A stretch of DNA of 64,000 nt, from positions 13,702,001 through 13,766,000 of the forward strand of contig NC_047031.1 of NCBI RefSeq assembly GCF_902652985.1, given 5' to 3'. The DNA comes from Pecten maximus. Lineage: Eukaryota. The notes beneath the pieces are model-generated. The model was not told the origin of the DNA, did not search any database, and saw only the letters and a list, made by a program, of their open reading frames with translations. Shown one piece after another: positions 28,601-41,200 of this stretch (its first letter is position 1; every line of letters begins with the position of its first letter). Made by a program: the position numbers and the translations under genes.

Positions 28601-31600
28601 TTTTACAGACCTCCCCTACGTCAGAAGCGGTGTTCTCCCCCTGTAATAACTTTATACTTCTCCGCTCTCTGTTTTACAGACCTCCCCTACGTCAGAAGCG
28701 GTGTTCTCCCCCTGTAATAACTTTATACTTCTCCGCTCTCTGTTTTACAGACCTCCCCTACGTCAGAGGCGGTGTCTTTCCCCGGTAATAACTTTATACC
28801 TCCCTCTGTTTTACAGACCTCCCCTACGTCAGAGGCGGTGTCTTTCCCCGGTAATAACTGTATACCTCCCTCTATTTTACAGACCTTCCCTACGTCAGAG
28901 GCGGTGTCTTTCCCCTGTTATAACTTTATACTTCTCCGCTCTCTGTTTTACAGACCTCCCCTACGTCAGAGGCGGTGTCTTTCCCCTGTTATAACTTTAT
29001 ACCTCCCTCTATTTTACAGACCTCCCCTACGTCAGAGGCGGTGTCTTTCCCCTGTTATAACTTTATACCTCCCTCTATTTTACAGACCTCCCCTACGTCA
29101 GAGGCGGTGTCTTTCCCCGGTAATAACTTTATACCTCCCTCTGTTTTACAGACCTCCCCTACGTCAGAAGCGGTGTCTTCCTCTGTGATAACTTTATACC
29201 TCCCTCTATATTACAGACCTCGCCTACGTCAGAAGCGGTGTCTTCCTCTGTGATAACTTTATACCTCCCTCTATTTTACAGACCTCGCCTACGTCAGAAG
29301 CGGTGTCTTTCCCCGGTAATAACTTTATACCTCCCTCTATATTACAGACCTCGCCTACGTCAGAGGCGGTGGCTTCCTCTGTAATAAATTAAACTAATGT
29401 TTTTTTCTTTGTCTGTTTTACCAACCTTACCCACAGCGGAGATTGCTGTTATTTCAATATGTCGCTGTCAGGGTACGCGGAGGATGGACATGGATGCCAG
29501 GTTAGACTTTCCTCAAGTTTACAACAAGACAAGAAGGTAATTTGATGATTCATACACCTATACTTATATAGATATATGTTTTATAAGTGTACATTTATAA
29601 GTAAATACATTAATGTGGGGGTGGAAACGCGACCTTTTTAAGAACAAATTCTATTAAGACAAAACTTATTCCCAAAACGAACACCAACTCAGGTAACTTG
29701 AGGAAACCTAAATAGGAAAACCTTTGAAGGTTTAATTATAGTCTGCTTCAATTATGAATCATTTTGTAGATCTGATACCAAAGTTAATAATACAATTAAT
29801 AAAATATTGTCATTTAATGCAACATATAACTGATGACATCACAGACAACAAACGTCTGTTTATCAAGTAAGTGTATATAATGACCCCACAGTATATAATA
29901 TACGTTATCTACGTCAACAAAGGAGACAAATAACGGCGTCCTAAAACTATTAAACCCAATATGGAGGAAGTGCAATATATTTTTTTTATATGTAATTGAT
30001 TATTTATGCAGATGCTTTTTAAAAGATAAAACAGAAGTTCAAACCTTTACAGGGCGGTTATAGCCTAAAATTGATGGATGTGTATGACAATACACAGTAT
30101 TCTATTCTGTTTTTCAATCGATTTAATAATTTTTCCTTTAAGGAAAGATCATTAACTACTATATTTTCCTGAAATCATATACTACTTTCTAATTGAACAC
30201 TTAACATATTAAGCAATGTTCTCAAGGTAAGAATAAGCGTTGTATAATTCTAAATGCACTTTTGGTAACGAATCACGTGAAAACAAAAAGATGAAGTGTT
30301 CTTGGCCTGGAAAGTGCACGACTCAAAGATTGTACAAACAAACTGTTTAAGCAAATGTAAAATTAGAGTCAAAAATAACTTAAACTGCAACATACAGCTG
30401 ATGTTACATGTCCAAATTGTGTTGATCACGAAAGGTGTTTAAAAAATTCGAAATTAGTCGAGAAAATGTCAGTATCAAACAGTGTCCTTTTTTTATTACT
30501 TTTTACAAATATGTATATTACAAAGACTGAAAACTAAATCAACAATTATAGTCCACGAGATATTCCGACATGTGTAGTGTTTAAATGTTTGCAAGTGGAT
30601 AAAAACACTAAAGAAACAAGAGGCCCATGGGTCTTAACCGTCACCTGAATTTTAAAATATTTCTGTCAATTTGACCCTTTGTGACCCAACCTATCAGCAC
30701 ATGGGGGTCAGTCGGACCAACATACCATCAAACTACCTTCCAAAAATGCTTATTCTAACCAAATTAGAACAACTAAAATACCAACAAATAATAGTAAAAA
30801 AAGTGTTCCATATCTTTGTTCTACAAACCTTCCCTTCTTTAAACACTGTGTCTTTCTCTATGATAACGTAGCTCTGTTTTACAGACCTCCCTAACGTCGG
30901 AGGCTGTGTCTTCCCCCGGTAATAACTTTATACGTATCCTCCCTCTGTTTTACAGACCTCCCTTACGTCGGAGGCTGTGTCTTCCCCCGGTAATAACTTT
31001 ATACTTCTCCCTGTTTTACAGACCTCCCTAACGTCGGAGGCTGTGTCTTCCCCCGGTAATAACTTTATACGTATCCTCCCTCTGTTTTACAGACCTCCCT
31101 TACGTCGGAGGCTGTGTCTTCCCCCGGTAATAACTTTATACTTCTCCCTGTTTTACAGACCTCCCTAACGTCGGAGGCTGTGTCTTCCCCCGGTAATAAC
31201 TTTGTACTTCTCCCTCTGTTTTACAGACCTCCCTTACGTCGGAGGATGTGTCTTCCTCTGTAATAACTTTAAACTTTTCCTCCCCCTGTTTTTCAGACCT
31301 GCCCCACCTCGGAGGCGGTGTCTTCCTCTGTAATAACTTTATACCTCCCCCTGTTTAACTGACCTCCCCTACGTCAGAGGCGGTGTCTTTCCCCTGTAAT
31401 AACTTTATACCTCCCTCTATTTTACAGACCTTCGTACGTCAGAGGCGGTGTCTTTCCCCTGTTATAACTTTATACTTCTCCGCTCTCTGTTTTACAGACC
31501 TCCCCTACGTCAGAGGCGGTGTCTTTCCCCTGTTATAACTTTATACCTCCCTCTATTTTACAGACCTCCCCTACGTCAGAGGCGGTGTCTTTCCCCGGTA

Positions 31601-33506
31601 ATAACTTTATACCTCCCTCTGTTTTACAGACCTCCCCTACGTCAGAAGCGGTGTCTTTCCCCGGTAATAACTTTATACCTCCCTCTATTTTACAGACCTC
31701 GCCTACGTCAGAAGCGGTGTCTTTCCCCGGTAATAACTTTATACCTCCCTCTATATTACAGACCTCGCCTACGTCAGAGGCGGTGTCTTCCTCTGTAATA
31801 AATTAAACTAATGTTTTTTTCTTTGTCTGTTTTACCAACCTTACCCACAGCGGAGATTGCTGTTATTTCAATATGTCGCTGTCAGGGTACGCGGAGGATG
31901 GACATGGATGCCAGGTTAGACTTTCCTCAAGTTTACAACAAGACAAGAAGGTAATTTGATGATTCATACACCTATACTTATATAGATATATGTTTTATAA
32001 GTGTACATTTATAAGTAAATACATTAATGTGGGGGTGGAAACGCGACCTTTATAAAAAAAAAAAACACTATTAAGACAAAACACATGTAAATGTCTCATT
32101 CCCAAAACGAACAAAGGTAACTTGAGGAAAATGTACTTGAATAGGAAAACCTTTAAAGGTTTTGTTATAGTCTGCTTCAATTCTGAATCATTTTGTAGAT
32201 CTGATACCAATGTTAATAATGAAATTAATGAAATATGTTCATTTAATGCAACATATGATCATTTAATATTTATTTTGTTAAATCTGAAAGAAAATACAAG
32301 TCTAACTTATATATAACAATAAATTAATCTGAAGGAATGTATAGCTTTAACTTACATATGACAATACAATGACAGGTCTGACAGTAAGTACAAATATCAA
32401 TGAGTATATCTTTGAATATAAAATGCATTCACATTCTCTGAGTAAGTTGATGCTTCAAAGTATAGAGTGAAATATGAAAATTCTCAAAATGTCCGTCTGT
32501 TTTATACATTACCCATTTACAAGCTTGGGGTTTGATCTTTTTTTTTAAATCTTCTAAAATGATTATTGCTTGACAATTTATTTGAGTATCTGATTATTAA
32601 TCAGAAATTGATTTACCAGTATTCTTTGCAAAATATTGTCGATTTAGGCAATTTTTCAGGTGAAAGTTCGCTATTAGAGTCACCTTAAATATTTCAATCA
32701 ATAATACATAATTTCCTATTGTTTTTGTTGATTTATTGTAAGGAAAATAAGTAATTTAAATCGAAATAATTATGACTGCATGACAGCTTTGGTTGTTACC
32801 CCATCTGTAGTTAGTAATTTTCATACCTCATTTATACCAATATAGCAAGGCTGATACAGCGCCATCTGGTAGTAGAATTGGTTCGTTAAACAAAACGATA
32901 TAACAGAAAAGGTCAATAAAATAATACATAAAAAGTATTAAGATATCACAAAAAAGTATGTAGTTCAATAAAATTACCACAGAAGCAAAGATATACTACT
33001 TGCTTAGTCAGTAAAGGTATTCATTAAATGACAAATTTTGTAATGTAAACATACATGCTGAAATACCGAATAAGATGGAAAATGTGGGGGGAAAATAATG
33101 ATGATCATTTTTTTTTCTAATTTTGCAGGTGGATGAGGAAAATGGGTCGATCATAAACATAATTATCGGAGTAGTGGTAGCTACCATTGCTTTTGGACTT
33201 ATCGTTGTTGCTATTTGCAAATTGATTGTAATGAAGAAATGTAAAGGTAATAGTGTTCATTCTAACGATACTTCCCTGAGCGTGCCCGATGACCCTTTCG
33301 CCAGCTTAAATCAGCAGCGACCCACGACGGCACCAGTAGCAACAAATTTTACGACAAAAAAGTTCCCGCTGCTAGAGAAAGATTACCTTAAATCGTACAA
33401 AGTACGACCTACGACTGGAACAGGACTGTCGCGCCCTCTATCATCACGTCCTTCATCCGGGCATTTTAGTTTATATATAAACTCAAGACCCACCTCCTTA
33501 AGATGA
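16700..33506 (+). CDS. VWA7-like paralog without the N-terminal and most of the VWA domain; predicted type I membrane protein, about 671 aa if both copies of the duplicated exon are used
   Basis: Exons 16700-16907, 17103-17224, 17984-18140, 18406-18479, 19688-19844, 23591-23760, 24566-24677, 25095-25278, 25819-25888, 26536-26719, 29437-29536, 31851-31950, 33129-33506 total 2016 nt and are open. Exons 2-5 align with the minus-strand gene (RVKRDLTRFQSIADDTGWTVYR vs RQKRDLATFQSIAGGTGGTVYR; NPAIGTW vs NPTPGTW), with identical 122-nt and 74-nt exon sizes. The last exon encodes TM IIIGVVVATIAFGLIVVAIC. Confidence 0.8.
18690..19340. mobile_element. Probable non-autonomous Crypton-like element with a long terminal hairpin
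   Basis: Near-palindrome at about 19195-19340 (gactcgtgtattgttgcaggatatacaac...gttgtatatcctgcaataatacacgaatc, centred on aggcctgcggcct). Family call is from general resemblance only. Confidence 0.5.
20580..23605. repeat. About 3-kb intronic 34-bp minisatellite with shorter variants
   Basis: Unit approximately atagggcagatctacacatatacattataattat; the last unit overlaps the acceptor and first codons of exon 23591-23760. Confidence 0.95.
23835..24110 (+). mobile_element. Degenerate tRNA-derived SINE (CORE/Nin-like)
   Basis: Degenerate B-box-like 'gatcaagtcc', CORE-like 'ccttgaaaaagatactttactc', and 'atggcagctgctacagtatgctccccagggag'. Confidence 0.45.
27720..29385. repeat. 60/65-bp tandem repeat array, copy 1
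   Basis: Unit approximately ttttacagacctcccctacgtcagaggcggtgtctttcccctgtaataactttatacctccctct; it produces 20-aa periodic ORFs. Confidence 0.95.
30872..31800. repeat. 60/65-bp tandem repeat array, copy 2 (shorter)
   Basis: Same unit as 27720-29385. Confidence 0.95.
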
Positions 33507-34500
33507 CGTCAGCAGTCGAAATTAATACAAAGGCAAAGGAGTTTTCCGATATGCAATCCATCAGGATATATACTATGTATAGAGACAGACATGAAGTTGA
33601 ACTATGACCTTTCGTTCGGTAAACGAAAATGCAAAGGAAAATCATTTGTTTAGGACTCGTTTTCTGACGAAGGGATCAGATCGTACAAGCAAACCGAAAT
33701 GTTCTGCTAAAAGAAAACAGCCGCTATGAAAAGGAGATAACTAGATTTTTAAAAATACGATTAGGAGTAACGAATGGATTAACTAATAGCATCTGATCAA
33801 ATTAATCGCCTTGTAGAACTCCACGAATCAGTTAGTAGTGCACCCTTACCTCACACCAGACATCTGTCCGACAAAAGTATACCGTTAGTTCCTTTATCTG
33901 GTTCGTACCACTTGAACCAAATGGGTACGGTATCACATGGCAATTGAACCCCAAGGGAATTTCCAAGATGGCGGCCGTCGATCGTGTCAAGAATAAACAC
34001 CGATTACATTGTATTTTCCTTTTTACAACGTTTATAGATTTACAATTAGCAATAGTTCCGTCAAACATTGACATATAATTAAGATTTCATCTCAGATGGA
34101 GAGTTCTGGTCTTGTTTTTTCCAAAAAAAGTACATATGCATGACAGACGAAGAATCACAGTAACGCCATATTGATCCAAATAGTACGTTTGAACGATCAA
34201 TGAGAATCGGTTCGGTTGCCTTAATTACGTTTTCTATATATTTTTTTATAATAGAATAAATGGAATTTAATATGATGCTTACATGTATCTGTTATAATTT
34301 CGAAATGCGTGATAAATCACAGCACGCAAATATCAGTACGATCACAGTAATAAATATTTTGGACATGATATGTCAATTATAAATGATTTCATTTTTTTCT
34401 ACGTATAAGTTTATGTGTTACCCATACATTGCTGGTTATCAAAAATATATGTTTGTAGAAGTAAACCTCCAGCAGAAGGGAGGTAACTCCGGTATACTTT

Positions 34501-34954
34501 AGGTCTCACAAAACTAATTCAGCCAATCAGCTGGTGTTTCACCTGAACCAAGTCCCTGAATAAGATGTGTTTCCTGGGTTTGTAGCTATTTCCCGAGTAA
34601 ATAACACATGAAATGGGTACTTTCTTTATACGGGAATAAAGAGTAGGGTCTTAAGATTAAAAATCTAAAATATACACTCCTGGTATAAATAGAAAGATGT
34701 AGGATTCCAGGTGTAAAAAGGCAGGAAATCTCCAGGTGGGGGTTCCCCTGTCCACTGTAAATATCAGGGTTGCCGTCTTACAAGTCTAGGTTTGCTCTTA
34801 TATGCTATTAAACATATCCAATAACATCATTTTTCTGGTAGGAGAATCTTCAAACTATAATTTGATATAACAACATTTGAACTTCAAATGAGCGATTGCG
34901 GGGATGAAGTCATTGGTAATAATATATAGTCAAATAATTAGTTGTGTGAGACCT
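34501..34954. mobile_element. Putative MITE with 19-bp terminal inverted repeats
   Basis: aggtctcacaaaactaatt at 34501-34519 vs aattagttgtgtgagacct at 34936-34954 (18/19 inverted match). No clear TSD. Confidence 0.55.
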
Positions 34955-35041
34955 GAATGCCTATAGATGGAGTTTAGTTATGTAATGCATTGCAGTACTG
35001 GGAACTGTGTGTTGCCTCCAGCGGAAAGGTGATTGGATACA

Positions 35042-35240
35042 TACTGTAAAAGTCATATTTTAGCGGTAATCCTATAGTACGTTTCGCGCTAGAAGTGTTA
35101 CGCTAAATTCACATGGCGTTTATTGCACTTTCTGTATACTGTTTCTATATGAAATTATTTTAGTGCGCCAATTCGTCTGTTCTTTAATCTGTTAAAATGC
35201 GCTAACATTTGATTACGCCAAATAAAATACCTTTCCAGTA
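35042..35240. mobile_element. Small degenerate TA-flanked MITE
   Basis: Imperfect inverted ends tactgtaaaag... and ...cctttccagta. Confidence 0.4.
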
Positions 35241-35414
35241 AATCGTAGTGCATGAACTCCTCGAGTAGATACCGTACTCAGACAATGATATAAAAATACC
35301 CCCTAGTATAAATACAGATTTAAATAACACAAATAGTTACCAATAGCCTCTATTCACGCTTCCGCCATTAAATTCGGAAACGAGGCTGAGGGTGCTTCCC
35401 TGACAACATCGAAC

Positions 35415-37551
35415 ATGGCCGCCAAGTGCGATTTGCCTTCTTGGTGGAAATCACTTTCCTTCGTGCCTCTGATTTCCGAGACAGTTATCGATGGATGGGC
35501 CTCAGAACTGAAAGTCCCGGCAAAATCGAAAAAGAGAGGATATAGCAATTTTGCTGAAGGATACGTCCATGACATTGAAGGTGTGTTTAATTTATCGAAT
35601 TCACAATATCAATGCATGATATTGGCGAAATTTAACTGTTAGTTATCGATACAGTATTCTGAAATTATCTTGGACTGAAAAATATTCATGAATGGAAATT
35701 TAATTTTAAAGATCATGAATACTTCAAACATCATTTCTTCATTTATTTTTTTGTACCACTATGACTCATATCAGCTCTTTTTCTATCGGATATGATTTTA
35801 CCGACTGATACACGAGGCCTGTCAAAATTAAATTGTATCTCGCTGTGTAAAACCTCTATCATTGTTGGAGTAATGTATCCTGTAGACAATAGTCATATTG
35901 ATGTTGTTAGACTGTAACTTATCCCATTTCTCCTTGCATTTATGTTTTTCTCCTTTCTTTTCCTTTTGCTAGACAAAATTAGTATAATCATTATTTTAAT
36001 TGTTGTATTTTTTTTCCAAATAAAATGGAGAAATTACCATTCGTTATTATCATTTTTAATCATCAATCATCACCATCTGACATCCATCATCATGGATCAT
36101 CCTTGGTCATTTTCATCATCAACAAATGGATCATCATATGGATCATCATCATCATCATCACCATCATCACCATCATCATCATCATCATCAATCATATCAG
36201 ACAAGATTTTTTTTGTGCCATTTCAGTGAGACCATTATCTACAGGATTGGGGTGTGACATCAAAGCAAAGTGTTTTCCTTCCATGAAGAAAAATGATCCC
36301 CCACATGTATTGCATCTGTCCTTGAAGTCAAATATATCTGTTGTAAATTGTAACTGTACATGCAAGGCAGGTTCAGGCCAATGTAGTCACATTCTTGGTT
36401 TACTATATACTGTAAATCATTATCAAAAACTTGATTTGAAAACTGTACCATGTGTTATTTCTAAAACATCAATGCCTCAAACATGGCACATTCCCCAGCG
36501 GATGCAAGGTGTCAAGCCACAGGCTGTTGATGACATAAGAGTTCAAAAAATTTCAAATTTCAAAAGAAAAAGAACAGATGGTGTCAAATCTAAATTTTAT
36601 TGTCCAGTTCAACAACCACTTCCATTCAAGAACATTGTAACAAATCTTAACACACAACTTCAATCAACCAATGTTCAGCTGAAAACTATATTACCAGTTA
36701 CTACAGATGATATTGAAACAGTTGACACAAAGGTTGGAGCTGTACCTAAAGGATCAATTCTGTCATATCAACAAAAAATATCTCAAGACAGCACAAGTAT
36801 CATAAATCATACAGATTATCAAACATATCCAGACTATGAAATGCCAGATAATACTAGTAATTTTGAGGTAGTTTTACAAATGGGTGAGCAAAATGTTTAC
36901 GATGGATTAAAAGTAACATTATCGGAGAGTATTGATGTAGAAAGAAACACTTTAGAACAATCAAAAAACCCTTCCTGGAAAAATGCGCGCAAAAACCGAT
37001 TAACGTCATCAGTTTTTAAACGTGTCTGCTCGAGAAAAAAAGAATACAACACCCTTGCTGATAACTTGATCAAAGGAAATAAAGTGCAAACAGCTGCTAT
37101 GAAATTCGGCATTGAACATGAGCAGGAAGCTGCTGATTTCTATGGTACAATTACAGGAAACAATGTGTACCATGCTGGATTATTGATAAATCCTTCCTGT
37201 TGGCATTTGGGCACATCACCAGACAGGAAAGTTATTGATCCATCTGTGTTACCCATGCATGGACTTTTAGAAATTAAATGCCCAAATGCAGATTCGATAA
37301 CAGATCTTAAGTACTTATGTTTGGTAGACAATTCTGGTACATACAAACTGAAGACCACACATGACTACTTTTATCAAATTATGGGCCAAATGGGCCTCAC
37401 AGGTGTGCAGTGGTGTGATTTATTTATAATGTGTAGAAATGACTACCATTTAGAGAGGATTAACTTCAATCCAGAAAAGTGGCATGAAATGAAGCAGACA
37501 TTAGACATGTTCTATTTCAACTACTATTTGCCAAAGTGTGTCAAACACTGA
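35415..37551 (+). CDS. SWIM zinc finger plus YqaJ/lambda-exonuclease-like nuclease of ISL2EU, about 496 aa
   Basis: Exons 35415-35580 and 36227-37551 (phase 1). SWIM: CNCTCKAGSGQCSH. YqaJ motifs: W..ARKNRLTSS, AAMKFGIEHE, GTSPD, LEIKCP, YFYQIMGQM. Confidence 0.9.
36060..36190. repeat. (CAT)n microsatellite in the YqaJ gene intron
   Basis: Directly visible; it explains the poly-Ile and poly-Ser ORF extensions. Confidence 0.9.
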
Positions 37552-38235
37552 AAATGTCATCAGGAAAAGGGTTACATGTATATATATATTACTAAAGTAC
37601 ATGGGTTTATACATGCACAACCAAAAGGTGTATGAATATCAATTCTACTGTAGAAATTGTTTACAGGAAAACAAGTACAAGGTACCATGTAACTGAATGG
37701 GTGTAACTTTGAACAATCTTCTACATTACATTTATTTACAGACAAACAAGTTGGAAAAACTATTCAAACTTGTGTAATTATGGAATAAAGAGATAGTCTA
37801 CTGATCATAACAATAATTCTATAAAAAAAGATGTTAGTATAGAATACCTACAGTTTAAGTAATATGTCTAGTTCTTCTTTCTGAGCAGTAACCTGATGCA
37901 GGCCTACATCCATGATACTTAAAATTTCTTTCGGGTCACCTTTGTCAAACGACATATCTAGTATAGCCTTAGGGGTACTGTAGCCTAGCAGATGATCTTT
38001 AATGTTAAAAGTAGTACTTTGTGTATGAACTATGAAGTCATCAAAACATGTCTTTTATTTTTCAGTCTATAACTTGATGGACTTCAATTAACAAACCAAT
38101 GAAAAAACATGTTTCAAACAAAATTGAATTATTTTCAGCTAAAGTGCTATTGACTTTATGCAGAATATATTGCAAACTACTAATTACACTTGTGTGTATA
38201 GATATATGATAGTTACATATTCCAACTTTGTAAAG

Positions 38236-41200
38236 CTAAAATAACTTTCCTTGAAAATTTGTAAGTAAGCAACAAATGGTCCAAATCTGATTCACAGTGC
38301 CAGCAATGGACAAAGGTACAACTTGATCAAAAATATGGTATTCTTTACATCTTCTTATTGCTCTCTCAACATGTATTCTTAATCTTGCTATTTGTTGTGT
38401 TTTACTGACTTCTTCTTTACTAAATTTACCTTTACTTCCTAGAAATGGAGGGATAACTAGTTTTGCACTAATTGGATCTAATAAATCCTGTATTAAAAAA
38501 CCTTTGTCTGCCATAACTTCATCGCCTGCCTCTATCAAATCTAGAATTCCACTACGTTGAGTGATGTCTTTATCAGATATGTTGCCAGTGTATAATCTAC
38601 TAACAAAACAAACAGCTCCATTTGGAGTAATACCAATAAGTCCTTTGAAGGTAGTATGCGACTTGTAATTTGAATATGTTTGTGAATTTAAAACTTTAGC
38701 ACTGGGAGTTTGAACACGAATTTCTGTACAATCCAAAATTACTTTTGTATCAGGAAAAGTACTCTTAAAACAGTCTGGCAAATTTTTTCTAACCATATCT
38801 CTTGTCGGCCAGATAGGTATACAACCTAAAATACAATACAAGTAATTACTCCAAGTTATAATAATACGACTAACAGTGCTCTGAGACACACAAAAACGTT
38901 GTGCTAGATCTTCCTCAAAAAAGCCTTGTCTAATTCGACATAAAAACATGAAAAATTGATCTACAAATGACAAAGATTCAATTCTAAATGGATTACTACT
39001 GATGTTACTATTCCTTTGAATTTGAGTCCATCTGATCATGTTGGAGGCTGTTGGCTCAATCACTTTATATATTGAACAAAAGATTTCATATGTAGGAAAG
39101 CCTGTATAAAAATTAATTAGATCAGGATTTGTAGAGAACTTTTCTACGCCAAACTTTTCCACCTTTCTCTCCAGCTCCAGAATCCTCTTTTGAAGTGCAC
39201 CAATATGATTCTTCATTTCCTGAAATAATGTAAAATCAAGAAATCAGTAGCAGTTCCTTAATTACTTTTTTTTTATTACAAGCATCAATGAAAAAATCAG
39301 TTGTTGGTATCATAGTAAGTTTATATAACAGCAATTTTTGATAAATTACCATCTGACAGGTAAATGTGAATTACCATCAGGTATTATATGTGAAATTTAT
39401 CATCAGGTAATTGTTAATTAACATCAGGTAAATGTGAAAAACATCAAGTTTTATCTGGTGTCCTGATATTGTAAACCCGTAACAAATCATTTTACCTCAA
39501 TATCTTCTTCTGGGGATGGCTTTTCAGTGCAGTAGTCATGCTCAAGATAAGGTGCTGGATTTGTTACTGTGGATGTCATTGTGGTAATCATTCTCTTGGG
39601 CATATTTTCATCACTACAAAGGAAAACATATAACTGCTGTGTTGTTGTTTTTTTTATTCTATCTTATTTTTATAAACATGCAAAGAAAATGCAAATCTAA
39701 TTGAATTGAACAAATAAAGCAAAAGATAAGTCAGCATATATATAAGGCATCTATTTTGCCAACTATTAGTATTTTTATAAAAAACAATTAAACCTCATTA
39801 TCTTTAACTTCCTAAAATTGAAGACATATATTTTGTCAGTTCTATCACAAATTCACACCGGACATTTTAGCTCATTTAACCTTGAATACTCTGATTTTTT
39901 CAACAGCATCGCCAGCTTCAAACCAGGGATATTCCTACAATTTTCCAACTGGGTCCATTGAATTGGGAATTTCTATGTGACAAAATGTGACATTGGGAAA
40001 TACAAACAGTAGTGAAATTCATACAAATGTCAGGGTTTTTTTAATGAATATTGCCTTTATATTATTTTTTAAATTCAATTTTTTTATAAATGTGTATGTT
40101 ACTGGTTTTTGTTTTTCAAAATTGCCTTAATATAGTTTTTTGTATATAAAACATACTTAATCATTCAACAGTGACTTCAAGTTCAAAATTGGGAATTAAA
40201 AAATGTCAGTGGCAAATTTTGAATTTTCAAAAGATTTTTTTAGGGGAATGAGTCCTTTTAACGGACCCTGTTTCTATTGTAGGAAAATCCCTGCAAACTA
40301 ATTAAGTTTGACTATATAGTTACCATATGATTGACACAATTTTCAATTCAACCACATTGAAAACTAGAGTAATTATAGATAAGAAACAGAAACAAAACAC
40401 TAGTTTTGAAGTATTTGCAGCTGAAATTACATAGATGTAGCACAAATATCATGGACAATACTTGTCAATATGCATATGTCAACTTTTGACTTATTCATCA
40501 CTTCTGTATACATTCATGAATTGCAATAGTAGAGTTCAAACCTGTTGATAGGCGCTAGTCTTTTTCGAGGTGATTTTCTTGGCACTGTGTCATGTGACCA
40601 ATCAAATGTACAAGGTATTGTCCCTTTTTTTAATTTCCGCAACCCTGAAAACAAATAAATTCTATTAATGTGATAGCAATAATAAACCAAGATTTTCCAA
40701 GATTTTTTTTATATTCACTCAGACACATTTAAAATGTATGATAAGAGGTCATACATATTTTTATAATTTACTTTTTATTCAGTGTTTTCATCAAAAAATG
40801 TACAATACATAACTTTCTCACACATACACACACATTCACACATTCACACACCCACACACACACATACTAAGGCTTGTATACACTCAATCAATTAAATTTA
40901 CTAAATTTGTATAAATCAAAGATATTCAAAATTACTGTAATTAATCATTTATCACATACACACATTTATACACACACACACACACAACATACACACATAC
41001 ATATGTCCCACTCAAACATTAAATGCAGAGAAAACTAAATAATCAAGATTTCTGTACTGTCATACATATTACATAGTTCAAATATATGACAGGCAATACC
41101 ATATACATACTGTACATGTATACAGATATACAAAAAAGTATACATACACTATTATAATTGCATCCAGCTCTAATATAAAGCATGCAGTAGTAGTAACATT

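Larger units (their letters stand above)
26677..32255 (+). repeat. Intragenic tandem duplication, copy 1 about 26677-29825 and copy 2 about 29826-32255
   Basis: Near-identical colinear blocks (26720-27720 vs 29867-30871, and 29385-29825 vs 31795-32255). Each copy has the 3' end of exon 10, a 60-bp array and the 100-nt exon. Confidence 0.95.

Noticed and set aside
27956-29253. Long periodic ORFs (SFPCNNFIPPS.. / RPPLRQRR..)
   Set aside because: By-products of the 60-bp intronic array, open in more than one frame.
36025-36226. Poly-Ile hydrophobic N-terminus on the YqaJ ORF
   Set aside because: Intronic (CAT)n repeat; the true first exon is 35415-35580.
35415-37551. YqaJ nuclease as a viral or phage insertion
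   Set aside because: It has a spliceosomal intron and lies within ISL2EU TIRs, where it is a normal component.
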